Assembly: GCA_032718475.1 (NCBI GenBank)
Contig: JAUCBJ010009149.1
Coordinates: 62,001-126,000, forward strand
Source of the DNA: Nemertoderma westbladi
Lineage: Eukaryota; Animalia; Xenacoelomorpha
Direction: 5' to 3'
Length of the DNA stretch: 64,000 nucleotides
Shown here: piece after piece, positions 34,982 through 47,863 of the stretch
Layout of the letters: the number at the start of each line of letters is the position of its first letter
Numbering within the stretch: the stretch's first letter is position 1
Position numbers and translations under genes: made by a program
Notes under the pieces: generated by a model
Seen by the model: the letters and a program-made list of their open reading frames with translations, nothing else
Told to the model about the DNA's origin: nothing
The model's database searches: none

Positions 34982-37900
34982 ATGACTGAATTAATAGAAG
35001 ATGATCTTGGTATCAGGGAGAGATATACTCTACCTTTACAAGCGTTTGTCGATAGCTTGATACGCGGCGACGCTGATCCAACTACTACGGAGGACGATGG
35101 TCGTTATATCGAACCGCCAATGTCCCAGGAGCAACTTACGCGTGAATTGGACTATAGAAAGTTCACGGCTCGCTATACGCATCGTAATGGTATGTATATG
35201 GACTTCTTGACCACTGGTCATCCTATTGATTTACACGATACGGACGATGTAGACACCGAAAGGGAAATGGTTTTATTTAAATATCATACCCAGCGGAGTC
35301 GAAACGATAAATCGAGAATAGAACACGAGAACTCTATTCGAAACAAACTCGAAAGAGAAGACGTTGAAGAACCTGATAAACGTAACGGTTTCAACGATTA
35401 TCTAGAATTCTTAAGAGAGACCTATCTCAATGTTGCCAGTCAACAAAACCTCGAAACTCGATATCCTCAAGGTATACATCCAGATCCTATGATGGAACTC
35501 AAACGGCTCTATTTTACGATGATGTATCTTACTGCTGATCGACCGCTACCTGTCGTTCCAGATAGCTTCGAACAGATGGAGGAATATTGTAAAACTGGAG
35601 AGCGATCACCCGCGTTTCCTCTTCAAGACGTGCGTCTTTGGTATTACTGTGACGAATGCCCTAGACCTAACCAGCAAATCGAAAGGCATAAACATCCTCG
35701 GAGACGTTGCGCTAAACACAGTTTTACGCGATATACTTATGGGAGTTTCGAGCGTAACCTTTTCGACGTATCACCTACGGTCGCGCGCCTTAAGCGATCA
35801 GTGAATAAACCCATGATCAGAGTTCCGGAATACTCGGTCAGACCTCCCCATTCCCAAGTGATACCTCAAACTCTAGATCCTAATAGTATTACGGATCCTC
35901 CCGAACTGTACTCACTGTTCAAAGATCTGGTGTTACCTGAACAGTTGATTGGTGGCACTCCGGTAGTGGGTTCGTTGGATATTCGCCAACCTTACCTCGC
36001 TGGACTAGGACGCGGTCATCTAATATCACCGTTTAACCCCTACAACCGTCCTGGCCTTCCTCCGATCCAACCTGTTACAGAAGTCGAAGAGAGCGTGATA
36101 CGAAATGCATTAGACGCTATTCGGCAGAAAATCGGGAAAGGAACTTACGATTGCTTGGAGAAACGTAAATTGCAACAACAAGTCCAAGCGGTGAAAGAAC
36201 TAGCTTTACCCCAGTTCGATAGAGAAATACAAAATCTAGAGGAGGACATCGAACGTGGACGAACCTACTCTTTACAGGAATTCCTGGACGAGCGCTTGCA
36301 ACAACAAGCGGAGGAAAATCAGCTCGAGGAGAGACATATAGAGCTGACTGAGAGGGAAGAAGCAGCTTTAGCCCAACCAGAAGCTCAAATTCTCGTGACG
36401 GATCTCTATTCCAAAACGATTCTCCACCCCTCGATGGTTCCTCATTTTAAAGACAAGCTCTTTGCTACGGTACAGCCTCAACCGGTTAACACCGATCTCA
36501 GATCTCAAGAGCTCGTTGCTGACGCTCCCATGCTACAACGTCCACCCGTCGAGGCTGCTCGTGTCGATGGCGTACTTGTTGAGCCTCCGGACATTAGAGC
36601 GGATCTTGTCCGTCGCATGGTGCACGATGTTAACATACGCGCTAGACCTTTGCCGGACTCATTTTATGGAATTAAGGATCATCCTTATTACGTCAATTTA
36701 AAGCAATATTACATGGTGAAACCAGAAGATCCTACGCATAGTCTGAAGTTTCTACCATTGATCAATCCTCTCGACCTCGTTGAACTCGAACAACTACAAA
36801 AACATCTAGATCAGCTAGTTAAACTAAACTCATTTCGAAAACCGTATAATATTTCCAGAATAGAGAAAGAAATATCACCCCCGTACAATCTTGATGGATT
36901 CATTAAAACTCGATTGGTACACTGGAATCTTGACGTATTATTCGAGGAAGAAAGAATAAAACGATATGGAGATGTGGAAACCTATACTACACAATGCTTA
37001 AAGTATAGAGATTTACCCAATGCTAGCGAATGCGCTACTTTGTGGCATCCAGTGGGAATGACTCTCGAAAACGCCACTAAAGAATGGAACGAGACTCTTA
37101 ATGTTATCGAGATGTATGGCGTTGTTACTTATGACAACGAAGGTAGCGTTCCGGTGGGAGAACTAGGAACTACGCGAATGATACATATACGGGGACTCGC
37201 TGGTTCTACCCACGTATTCACTCGAGCGTGTTCCGACGTGATCGATTATTCTTTTGAAACCCTTACGGAGACACAAAAGAAACTTCGACATGGACAATTC
37301 GAGCTCGCGCAACGTTACGTCACTGACACCGAGCGCAAACCGGCCATGGGTATCGACGGATCAATGTTACCCCAACCCGTGCTCGAAATGTTGTTTAACG
37401 AAAGAATCCTAAAAATCGGCTCAGCTGTTTATGGAGATCTCCAAAACGACTTCCGGAATATGGAAAACATTCCATACCCTTTCGTTGATACTCAGCTGAT
37501 TGCTCCTTGGGCCGAGGTTTCTTTCACACTATGTATGCCAATACACCCAGCGACATTACTAAAGTACAACGGACATCCATCGGACATCTTGCCTTTCAAG
37601 AATATGGATGGAACTTCAAAGTTGGAAATCCTATCAATTACCAGCAGGTATATGGAGATCATTACTCCCGTTTATATTTTGACGGACCATTAACTGCGCC
37701 TGGTGCAGTATATAGCTTTATGAGTGTTCCACTTCGCCCTTCCTTAGCTATATACACGATCTTTGAAAACGCAGCACTTGCCGGTTGGCTAGCCGATGTG
37801 TGCAGTCGTACCATACGCGCTCACCCGTTAATACTTGGAACTAAACTCGCCAAGTTAGACGAACACAATAAGTTCATACGTTTCGAATGTTTCCGGCGCT

Positions 37901-39213
37901 TTCTGACTCCGTTCCGTAACGTCGATAGTCAGTTCAAGGACCGCGCGCTGACCAAGCTCAGTCTTAGAGACTCAGCTGCGGAGAAACTGAGTAGCGCTGG
38001 ATTTGCCGTCTTTCAAGACGTTTGTATACAGAACCTACATTCATCCGTTATACAAAGACCCCGAATATCTACAGGTTATTCTGTCGTGGAAATACAGACA
38101 GTGGGTCCACTTACGGAAACCGACACACCCACTTCGTCTATGCAGCTGGAGGATGAACCAGTATGCTTGGAATCAGAAGCGATTCAACCTACGGCTTCCC
38201 GGAGCAGTGACAATGATTATGTCATAGAGTGGTATCAAGGTCCACAGCGTCTCACAGCGTATGATTATCGACACGCTAACTACGTTTCCCGAAAACGTTG
38301 TCGATTATGCGCATCGAGAGACCACTTCACTCCTCTAGACTCGAGCGTACCTTGTTCCTATTTCCTCGAACAACCGATGATGGAAATATATTGTGCTTAT
38401 TGCCGGCTTAATAACTCTCATATATTTGCCGTCTGCCCACAATTTATGACTCAATGTCACTACTGTCAACTTAAAGGACATGAAAGTTACAATTGTCCCT
38501 TTAATCGCGATTTAGAAAGCGTAGACAAGATGATCACCCTGCGATACATCCGAGCTTGGGAAGCGAACGCCGATTTACATTGCGAATCCCGACATCGCTA
38601 TTACCCTGGACGAGCTTACGAGGGAGTTTACGCGTTCCATCCTTATCTATTCGCATCAATTGAACAGAAAACACGCGTACCAAGTTACGAGTTAATGAAG
38701 CGTGTTGGTGAGTGTATTTCCACCAAGTTTTGATTTTAAGCCCCTAATGATATAACCACATATCACCTGATCAATTTTATCCGTCAGGACCCTGAGTATG
38801 GCGACATCTTTGTGAACTCGCATCCTGAACTACAGGAAATATCTCGGCGACCATATGAATATCGAACCCGAGAACGCGAGCTGGAGAGAACCATTAAACC
38901 GAGAAAGTTCCTCACCACTCACGGTCCACCCACCGCTAGTGTCCAGACGACCCGTCAAGGACCCATAGGAGCTGCTGTCTTGAGACGCGCTCTAAAGGCC
39001 GTTAGACCTCACTCCACTGAGGTTGATATTAATCAACCAGGTACTTCGACCGGCGGGTATACCGATCGTAACCCTGCACCTTCTGATGCAATTATATTGC
39101 ACCCTTCGCCTAGGAGCTACAGCCCTCCTCGTAAAGTGGCTCGCCCCAAAGAGAAAATGACTCTTGCTAGCTTTAAAAAACTGCGTAAACGCCGTCCGCG
39201 CAAGAAAGACTAA
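34982..39213 (+). CDS. Extra 3' gene, predicted join(34982..37532,37565..38707,38741..39213), 1388 aa: unknown N-terminus, WRN/Mut-7-like DEDDy 3'-5' exonuclease, three CCHC-type knuckles, basic tail
   Basis: VVTYDNEG (ExoI), LPQPVLEMLFNERILKIGSAVYGDL (ExoII), FVDTQ, SIGHLA..YG and PL...AIYTIFE (ExoIII-like); CxxC..H..C clusters; two GT-AG introns of 32 and 33 nt restore a single frame. Confidence 0.72.
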
Positions 39214-39291
39214 CTGTTTAGAGTATTTATGTATATTAGAAATTGTGATTTTGTATATTTTATAGACTTAAATCCCATTTTCTGGGAGCGG

Positions 39292-40476
39292 TGTAAAAGC
39301 TTTTATGGGATAACTGATTCGTTTGCCTTGCTAACCAGTTCCCCCCCCCGTCGCTAGAATACTCTAAAAAGGAATCTATAACTCGAATAGCACAAGCTAC
39401 CGGCTGATTGGCTGATTCGCTGTGCGAAGGGATCTGGGCTACGTTTGATTGTCCAGCTAGCTTGGGAAAGTATCTCCCAATAGAAGTTGAGTTGATTTTG
39501 ATTTCGACCTATCACAGATCTACTGAACTGAATTTTCCTATCTTTATGCTCTTTCTCTGTGTTGGGTGGAAGCCTTTGTAAATAAGGTTATTCTTATCAG
39601 TTTTCAGTGTTGTTGGTCTTTCTTTCCTAAGCCAGGAGAGAACGGCTTGTAAATATTTTGTGCTTTTCTGTTTTTAGTCTAACACTAGTAGGCTTAATTA
39701 TAAAGGGCATATATCCGTTATCACTGGGTAACTCAATGTTATCACAACACTTAATATCAAACTAATGAACTTAACGCACACTGAATTACTGTGCATACTT
39801 TTATATTGTTATACTGCTATTTACTGTCAGTTCTTCATAATATGGTTGATGAATTATTATATTTGGAATAACGATAAATAACCCCGAAACCCAATATTCT
39901 TGATATACCGAAGGTAAGAGAGAAAGGTTACATATAACGATTGTGACTTATGTTAAAGTGGTTTGAAGTGAATCTAATGTTATGTGATAGACCCTACATG
40001 AGTCAGTCCGTGTTCCTTTTATATATAACTAAAATCAGTGAAGATCGGCAGATCAGTGTGCAGTATTGTGCAGCATTGTGTATGAGTGATACTGATAACG
40101 AAGCATTTCCTAAAGAATGCGCCATATATGTGAATTATAACTAAGCCATATCGTTGTGAGTAGTTTAAGTCATAACTCTGTTTGTATAAATAGAGCGCCA
40201 CGTCCTAAAGGAACTGTTAATATTCCCCGAAGGTGAATAATATTGTCAGAGATTATATAATACTGTCAGTCGAATAATACATTAGGCTTACATAGCAATA
40301 AGATTAAGCCGTCGAACCCAATCTCCCGGGTATATCCAGCGGGTGAATGATCGCGCACAGATTGGTTTCGACTAGTGTAGTGAATAAAATACTTGTCATA
40401 GACTAAAAGTGATTTGTTATCTAGAAGACATCATAATTTGGCGGGTTAAACTGCCAAAGGTCTAAAAGCGCGAACA
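39292..40476 (+). repeat. 3' LTR of copy A (1185 bp)
   Basis: Preceded by PPT GGGAGCGG, followed by TSD GAGTA. Confidence 0.97.
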
Positions 40477-43400
40477 GAGTAATTCGGGTAGTGTAACACT
40501 GCGGAGTAATTCGGGTAGTATAACACTGCGGAGTAATTCGGGTAGTGTAACACTGCGGACTGCGGAGTAATTCGGGTAGTGTACCACTGCGGAGTAATTC
40601 GGGTAGTGTAACACTGCGGAGTAATTCGGGTAGTGTAACACTGCGGACTGCGGAGTAATTCGGGTAGTGTAACACTGCGGAGTAATTCGGGTAGTGTAAC
40701 ACTGCGGAGTAATTTGGGTAGTGTGACACTGCGGAGTAATTCGGGTAGTGTAACACTGCGGACTGCGGAGTAATTCGGGTAGTGTAACACAGCGGAGTAA
40801 TTCGGGTAGTGTAACACTGCGGAGTAATTCGGGTAGTGTACCACTGTGGAGTAATTCGGGTAGTGTAACACTGCGGACTGCGGAGTAATTCGGGTAGTGT
40901 AACACTGCGGAGTAATTCGGGTAGTGTAACACTGCGGAGTAATTCGGGTAGTGTAACACTGCGGAGTAATTCGGGTAGTGTAACACTGCGGAGTAATTCG
41001 GGTAGTGTAACACTGCGGACTGCGGAGTAATTCGGGTAGTGTAACACTGCGGAGTAATTCGGGTAGTGTAACACTGCGGAGTAATTCGGGTAGTGTAACA
41101 CTGCGGAGTAATTCGGGTAGTGTAACACTGCGGAGTAATTCGGGTAGTGTAACACTGCGGAGTAATTCGGGTAGTGTAACACTGCGGAGTAATTCGGGTA
41201 GTGTAACACTGCGGCGTAATTCGGGTAGTGTAACACTGCGGAGTAATTCGGGTAGTGTAACACTGCGGAGTAATTCGGGTAGTGTAACACTGCGGAGTAA
41301 TTCGGAAGTGTAACACTGCGGAGTAATTCGGGTAGTGTAACACTGCAGACTGCGGAGTAATTCGGGTAGTGTAACACTGCGGAGTAATTCGGGTAGTGTA
41401 ACACTGCGGAGTAATTCGGGTAGTGTAACACTGCGGAGTAATTCGGAAGTGTAACACTGCGGAGTAATTCGGGTAGTGTAACACTGCGGACTGCGGAGTA
41501 ATTCGGGTAGTGTAACACTGCGGAGTAATTCGGGTAGTGTAACACTGCGGAGTAATTCGGGTAGTGTAACACTGCGGAGTAATTCGGGTAGTGTAACACT
41601 GCGGAGTAATTTGGGTAGTGTAACACTGCGGAGTAATTCGGGTAGTGTAACACTGCGGAGTAATTCGGGTAGTGTAACACTGCGGAGTAATTCGGGTAGT
41701 GTAACACTGCGGAGTAATTCGGGTAGTGTAACACTGCGGAGTAATTCGGGTAGTGTAACACTGCGGAGTAATTCGGGTAGTGTAACACTGCGGAGTAATT
41801 CGGGTAGTGTAACACTGCGGAGTAATTCGGGTAGTGTAACACTGCGGAGTAATTCGGGTAGTGTAACACTGCGGACTGCGGAGTAATTCGGGTAGTGTAA
41901 CACTGCGGAGTAATTCGGGTAGTGTAACACTGCGGAGTAATTCGGGTAGTGTAACACTGCGGAGTAATTCGGGTAGTGTAACACTGCGGAGTAATTCGGG
42001 TAGTGTAACACTGCGGAGTAATTCGGGTAGTGTAACACTGCGGAGTAATTCGGGTAGTGTAACACTGCGGAGTAATTCGGGTAGTGTAACACTGCGGACT
42101 GCGGAGTAATTCGGGTAGTGTAACACTGCGGAGTAATTCGGGTAGTGTAACACTGCGGAGTAATTCGGGTAGTGTAACACTGCGGAGTAATTCGGGTAGT
42201 GTAACACTGCGGAGTAATTCGGGTAGTGTAACACTGCGGAGTAATTCGGGTAGTGTAACACTGCGGACTGCGGAGTAATTCGGGTAGTGTAACACTGCGG
42301 AGTAATTCGGGTAGTGTAACACTGCGGAGTAATTCGGGTAGTGTAACACTGCGGAGTAATTCGGGTAGTGTAACACTGCGGAGTAATTCGGGTAGTGTAA
42401 CACTGCGGAGTAATTCGGGTAGTGTAACACTGCGGAGTAATTCGGGTAGTGTAACACTGCGGAGTAATTCGGGTAGTGTAACACTGCGGAGTAATTCGGG
42501 TAGTGTAACACTGCGGAGTAATTCGGGTAGTGTAACACTGCGGAGTAATTCGGGTAGTGTAACACTGCGGAGTAATTCGGGTAGTGTAACACTGCGGAGT
42601 AATTCGGGTAGTGTAACACTGCGGAGTAATTCGGGTAGTGTAACACTGCGGAGTAATTGGGGTAGTGTAACACTGCGGAGTAATTGGGGTAGTGTAACAA
42701 TGCGGAGTAATTCGGGTAGTGTAACACTGCGGAGTAATTCGGGTAGTGTAACACTGCGGAGTAATTCGGGTAGTGTAACACTGCGGAGTAATTCGGGTAG
42801 TGTAACACTGCGGAGTAATTCGGGTAGTGTAACACTGCGGAGTAATTCGGGTAGTGTAACACTGCGGAGTATTTCGGGTAGTGTAACACTGCGGAGTATT
42901 TCGGGTAGTGTAACACTGCGGAGTAATTCGGGTAGTGTAACACTGCGGAGTAATTCGGGTAGTGTAACACTGCGGAGTAATTCGGGTAGTGTAACACTGC
43001 GGAGTAATTCGGGTAGTGTAACATTGCGGAGAAATTTGGGTAGGTAACACTGCGGAGTAATTCGGGTAGTGTAACACTGCGGAGTAATTCGGGTAGTGTA
43101 ACACTGCGGAGTAATTCGGGTAGTGTAACACTGCGGAGTAATTCGGGTAGTGTAACACTGCAGAGTAATTCGGGTAGTGTAACACTGCGGAGTAATTTGG
43201 GTAGTGTAACACTGCGGAGTAATTCGGGTAGTGTAACACTGCGGAGTAATTCGGGTAGTGTAACACTGCGGAGTAATTCGGGTAGTGTAACACTGCGGAG
43301 TAATTCGGGTAGTGTAACACTGCGGAGTAATTCGGGTAGTGTAACACTGCGGAGTAATTCGGGTAGTGTAACACTGCGGACTGCGGAGTAATTCGGGTAG

Positions 43401-43644
43401 TGTAACACTGCGGAGTAATTGGGGTAGTGTAACACTGCGGAGTAATTCGGGTAGTGTAACACTGCGGAGTAATTCGGGTAGTGTAACACTTCGGAGTAAT
43501 TGGGGCAGTGTAACACTGCGGAGTAATTCGGGTAGTGTAATACTGCGGAGTAATTCGGGTAGTGTAACACTGCGGAGTAATTCGGGTAGTGTAACACTGT
43601 GGGAGTAATTGGGGTAGTGTAACACTGCGGAGTAATTCGGGTAG
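40477..43644. repeat. 27-bp minisatellite, main segment (about 115 units)
   Basis: Highly homogeneous tandem units; in register with the left segment across the TSD. Confidence 0.98.
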
Positions 43645-44963
43645 TGTTCGCGCTTTTAAGACCTTGGGCAGTTTAACCCGCCAAATCTATATGTCTTCTA
43701 GGTTATAAATCTACTCCAGCCTATGACAAATATTGAACACCTATAATAATTCTAACATTAGCCGAAGCCAGTCTGTGCGCGACCATTCACCCGCTGGATA
43801 TACCCGGGAGACTGGATTCGGATGCTTTAATTTGATTGCGGTGCAGGTCTACCGTACTATTCGATTGATCGTTAATATATAATCTCTGACAAATATTATT
43901 CACTTTCGGGAAATATTAGCAGTTCCTTTAGGACGTGGCGCTCTATCTATTTAAACAGAGCTATGACTTACACTATACACAACGGTATGTCTTATAGATC
44001 ACCAAAGTGCATTCTTTAGGAAATGCTTTGTTACTCGGTCAAGCACACACAGACTATTGCACACAACTGCACACTGAATTGCCGATATTCACTGATTTTA
44101 ATCATATATAAAGAGAATAACAACCGACATTTGTAGGGCCTATTAAGTAGCATTGAACTCATTACAAACCACGATAATGTATGTCGCAAATTGTTATATG
44201 TAACCGGTCTCTCTAACCTTAGTGTATCAAGAAGATTGGGGTTTCGGATCGTTATCAATATTCTTCCCAATAATAATATGTAAACGAACGATACAATTAA
44301 CAACACAGTAAATAGCAGTAAATAATGCGGCGAAAAGCAGTTTACGTCAGGGTGCTTAATCAGGTGCCTGACAAGCAAGATAACAGTTTGATGATCTTAT
44401 AATTAAAGACGCTCTAATGTTAGAAAACATTCCACGGCCGGTGTTCTAGGCGTGGGGGAAACGTCAGTACTGAATCCTGTGATTCTGCTGTACAGCTTTT
44501 ACACAAAGAGGAGATCTCTCATTGGTCGAACTGGCTGAGCCGAACAAAGAACCAAATCTCCTGGCAAAAAGCTCCACGTGGACACAGCTGATAGATGTCG
44601 TCATTTGAGCTGAGCAGAACAAAGAACCAAAGCTCCGGGCAGAAAGCTCCACGTGTACAGCTCAGCTGTTAGCTGTCGTCATAGTAACTACACTGTTTCA
44701 AGAGTATTTCAGCTTTTGCGTCATAGAATTGCTAATTATGTCCGCTAAAGTACACATACAGAATGAATGGCCCTCCATGTCCACTAAAACACCGGTACAG
44801 TAAGGAAACGGCTTTTATGTCCGTTAAAACACCTACAGAGTACTTTACGGGAAACATAACCAGCTAATTCCGCAAAAGCTTTTACACCGCTCCCAGAAAA
44901 TGGGATTTAATTATATAAAATATAAAAAATCACAGTTTCTAAAATATAAAAATACTCTAAACA

Positions 44964-46229
44964 GTTAGTCTTTCTTGCGCGGACGGCGTTTATGCAGTTT
45001 CTTGAGACTAGCAAGAGTTCTTTTCTCTTTGGGGCGAGCCACTTTACTAGGAGGGCTATAACTCCTGGGTGAAGGGTGCAATACAATTGCATCAGAAAGT
45101 TTAGGGTTACGGTCAGTATCTCGTCCATTTCGATATGCTTCTCCTCGAGCTGATTTTCCTCCGCTTGTCGTTGGATACGCTCGTCCAAAACTCTCGCAGA
45201 GAATAGGGTTGTCTAAGCTCGATATCTTCTTAGAGATTCGAGATTTCCCAATCGAACTGAGATAAAGCCAATTCGTTTACCGCTTGGACTTGCTGTTATA
45301 ACTTACGTTTATCTGAACAAACGCAGGTTTCCTTTCTGATCTTTGTAGAATAGCGTTTAACTCGTTTCGTACAACGCTCTCCTTCACCTTGATGAAGGGT
45401 TGTATCGCGTTAAACTGGGACGACCATACGGTTGAATGGTGATATTAGGTGTCCGCGTCCCAATACGGCTAGGTAAGATGGGCGGCTAGCTAGAGCTCGC
45501 TGCCGGAGTGTTACCGATTAATTGTTAGGGTAGTACTAGATCTTTGAACAGTGAATACAGCTCGTGAGGATCCGTGATACCATCAGAATCGAAAGTCTGA
45601 GGTCTAATCAAGGAACGAGGTGGTCTGACCGAGTATTCCGGAACTCTGATCGTAGGTTCACTCAAGGATCGTTTGAGAAGAGTGAGCGTAGGCGATACGT
45701 TGAATAAGTTTCGGTTTCCGTGGATGTTTATGTCTTTCCGTTTATTAGTTGGGTCTAGGGCATTTATCGTAATAATACCAAAGACGCACGTCTGGTAGGG
45801 GAAATGCGGGTGATATTTATTTGTTGTTACAATGCTTCTATCAAGAATTCCAAATATACACATTCTTTAGTGTCTTTTCTTTCGAGTCGATTTCGAATAG
45901 AATTTTCGCATTTGAATTTCAGTTTATGGTTCCGACTCCGCTGGGCAGGATATATGGTCGACATAGTCCGTATCGTGTAAATCGATAGAATGGCCAGTGG
46001 TTAAGAAGTCCATATACGTACCATTACGATGCGTATAGCGAGTAGTGAATTTTCCATAGTCCAATTCACGCGTAAGTTGCTTCTAGGAAATCGTCGGTTC
46101 GATATAACGACCATCGTCCTCCGTAGTAGTTGGGCTAGCGTCGCCGCGTATCAAGCTATCAACAAACGCTTGTAAAGGTAGAGTATTTCGCTCCCCGATA
46201 CCAAGACCATCTTCTATCAACTCCGTCAT
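44964..46229 (-). pseudogene. Decayed, internally deleted copy of the extra 3' gene
   Basis: Retains MTELIED start, RNLFNVSPT..RVPEYSVRPP, QQAEENQLEE-like and RKKD* end; exonuclease region absent. Confidence 0.85.
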
Positions 46230-47863
46230 ATCTGCTATATATGAGTTTATTAATATTATAATGAGCTTATAATTAGGCTAGCGAGCGTCGCTGCCTACCC
46301 CAATCACCCCCCGGACAGTGTAAGATCCTCAGCGCAAATGTATCGTCGTCACTGTGTTTTCGCCAACGTTGTAGCTACACAATGACAACGACACTAGCAC
46401 GAGTCACTCCACTGTCCGTCCCAAAGGCTTAGATACACTTCAGGTTCTTACTGGAGAGTTAGGGTTACTTTCACAATTGCGACTCGCTACTGTAAACACA
46501 CCTTAGTAGTAACATTCGCCTATAAACTCACAAATTCCACACACACAACTGTCACAAATTACACACACTCGGGCCATTTGTCCGTTAGTCAGTGCCTTCC
46601 AGAATGTCACGTTATTATCATGTATCCTTGGATACTAGCAGTGCGCTATTTATTCCGTATGCTATTCAATGAGCAAGCTTGCTATTGTTCTTTTTAACTT
46701 GCTTCTAATTCTAGCGTGGGTGTTACTATGGTGACATTATGGAAAGCTAGCGGTAGAATTAGGGTAATTCCAATGCATACAGATCTGGGATGCTATTTAA
46801 TAGTAATTCTTTAATGGTCAATATCCCGTTTATACATGATTTTATAAATTTTATCGGCTATTGACTCATACATTGAAGATTCTCACACTCTAACACACTT
46901 AATAGGATGAATCTCCGCTCCCTTGATCTATTAATTAATGGGATTTTGGGAATGTTATAAATTGCATAAAATTGCAATTTATTAAATTCATTAAAGTATG
47001 AATTTAAATTTATTCCCTGAAATTTTATTATTTGATAGTAAAATTGACACAATTTGATTCCAGAGCATATCTGGGGACATATGATCCTTGATTCTATGAA
47101 ATTGTCTTTTAAGAATATCGGTAAATGCTACGAAATCTTAATTCGACTATAATTTTTAAAGGATCTGAATTTTACAGATTTTGATTTATAGATTTGTAAA
47201 TATTAAATAATTAATATTTGAGATGGGCACCGATTTATTCCAGAACTTGTCTGGGGACGTTAACCACTGATTCTAGAAATTTGTCTTTCAAGTATATCGG
47301 TGGGTGCCACGATATCTTAATCGACTAGAATTGCAGATGGTCAAAGGGTTTAACAGATTTATTTTGCGTTTTACGCTACTGTTAAAGGGACATCACGCTA
47401 CTATATGTATTATTTAATATACGGTATGAGAGCAATATCGCACGGAGCAATGTCAGTGTGAAGAGGCAAGTCGTTTCCAAGGTCTACCCAGAGCTTGGTT
47501 TAGCCGAGGCACGAGGATCTGAACTTTGCATTCCTAATACTCTGCCTACCAATAATACTTGAATATAGTAGGAGCTTTATGGTACTTTAATAAGTACAGA
47601 TATTTCATCTTACTGTAGTCACGTATTTATAATGTAATACGGACAATAAGGAAAGAGAAAATGAATTATTTCTTGCCATCGCACTAAATATATAATATAT
47701 AAGTACTTAAGTAATAAACACTAATATATTGCACTAATCTACTAAACAATCGCTAAAATAACATTCTACTAAACAAAATTAAAGAAAACGATTACAATAA
47801 AATTACATAATAATACGTACATAAATATAAAATAATATAGTCACACACCCACTCCGTATGTTG

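Larger units (their letters stand above)
23815..40476 (+). mobile_element. BEL/Pao LTR retrotransposon copy A, 16.7 kb, both ends intact, protease and RT deleted
   Basis: LTRs 23815-24998 and 39292-40476 (TG...CA); 5-bp TSD GAGTA (23810-23814, 40477-40481); PPT GGGAGCGG (39284-39291). Confidence 0.97.

Noticed and set aside
34982-39213. env gene
   Set aside because: No signal peptide, furin site plus fusion peptide, or transmembrane anchor visible.
40421-43625. Roughly 1000-aa ORFs in three minus frames (also 23370-23805)
   Set aside because: Artefact of a 27-bp unit with no minus-strand stops; no credible start and frames shift at +7 variants.
23396-43644. 27-bp repeat as a CRISPR array or telomere
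   Set aside because: Units are head-to-tail with no spacers or cas genes; the array is interstitial and unlike animal telomere repeats.
40477-43644. TAACACTGC...AGTG resemblance to twister ribozyme P2
   Set aside because: The loop needed for both pseudoknots is absent.
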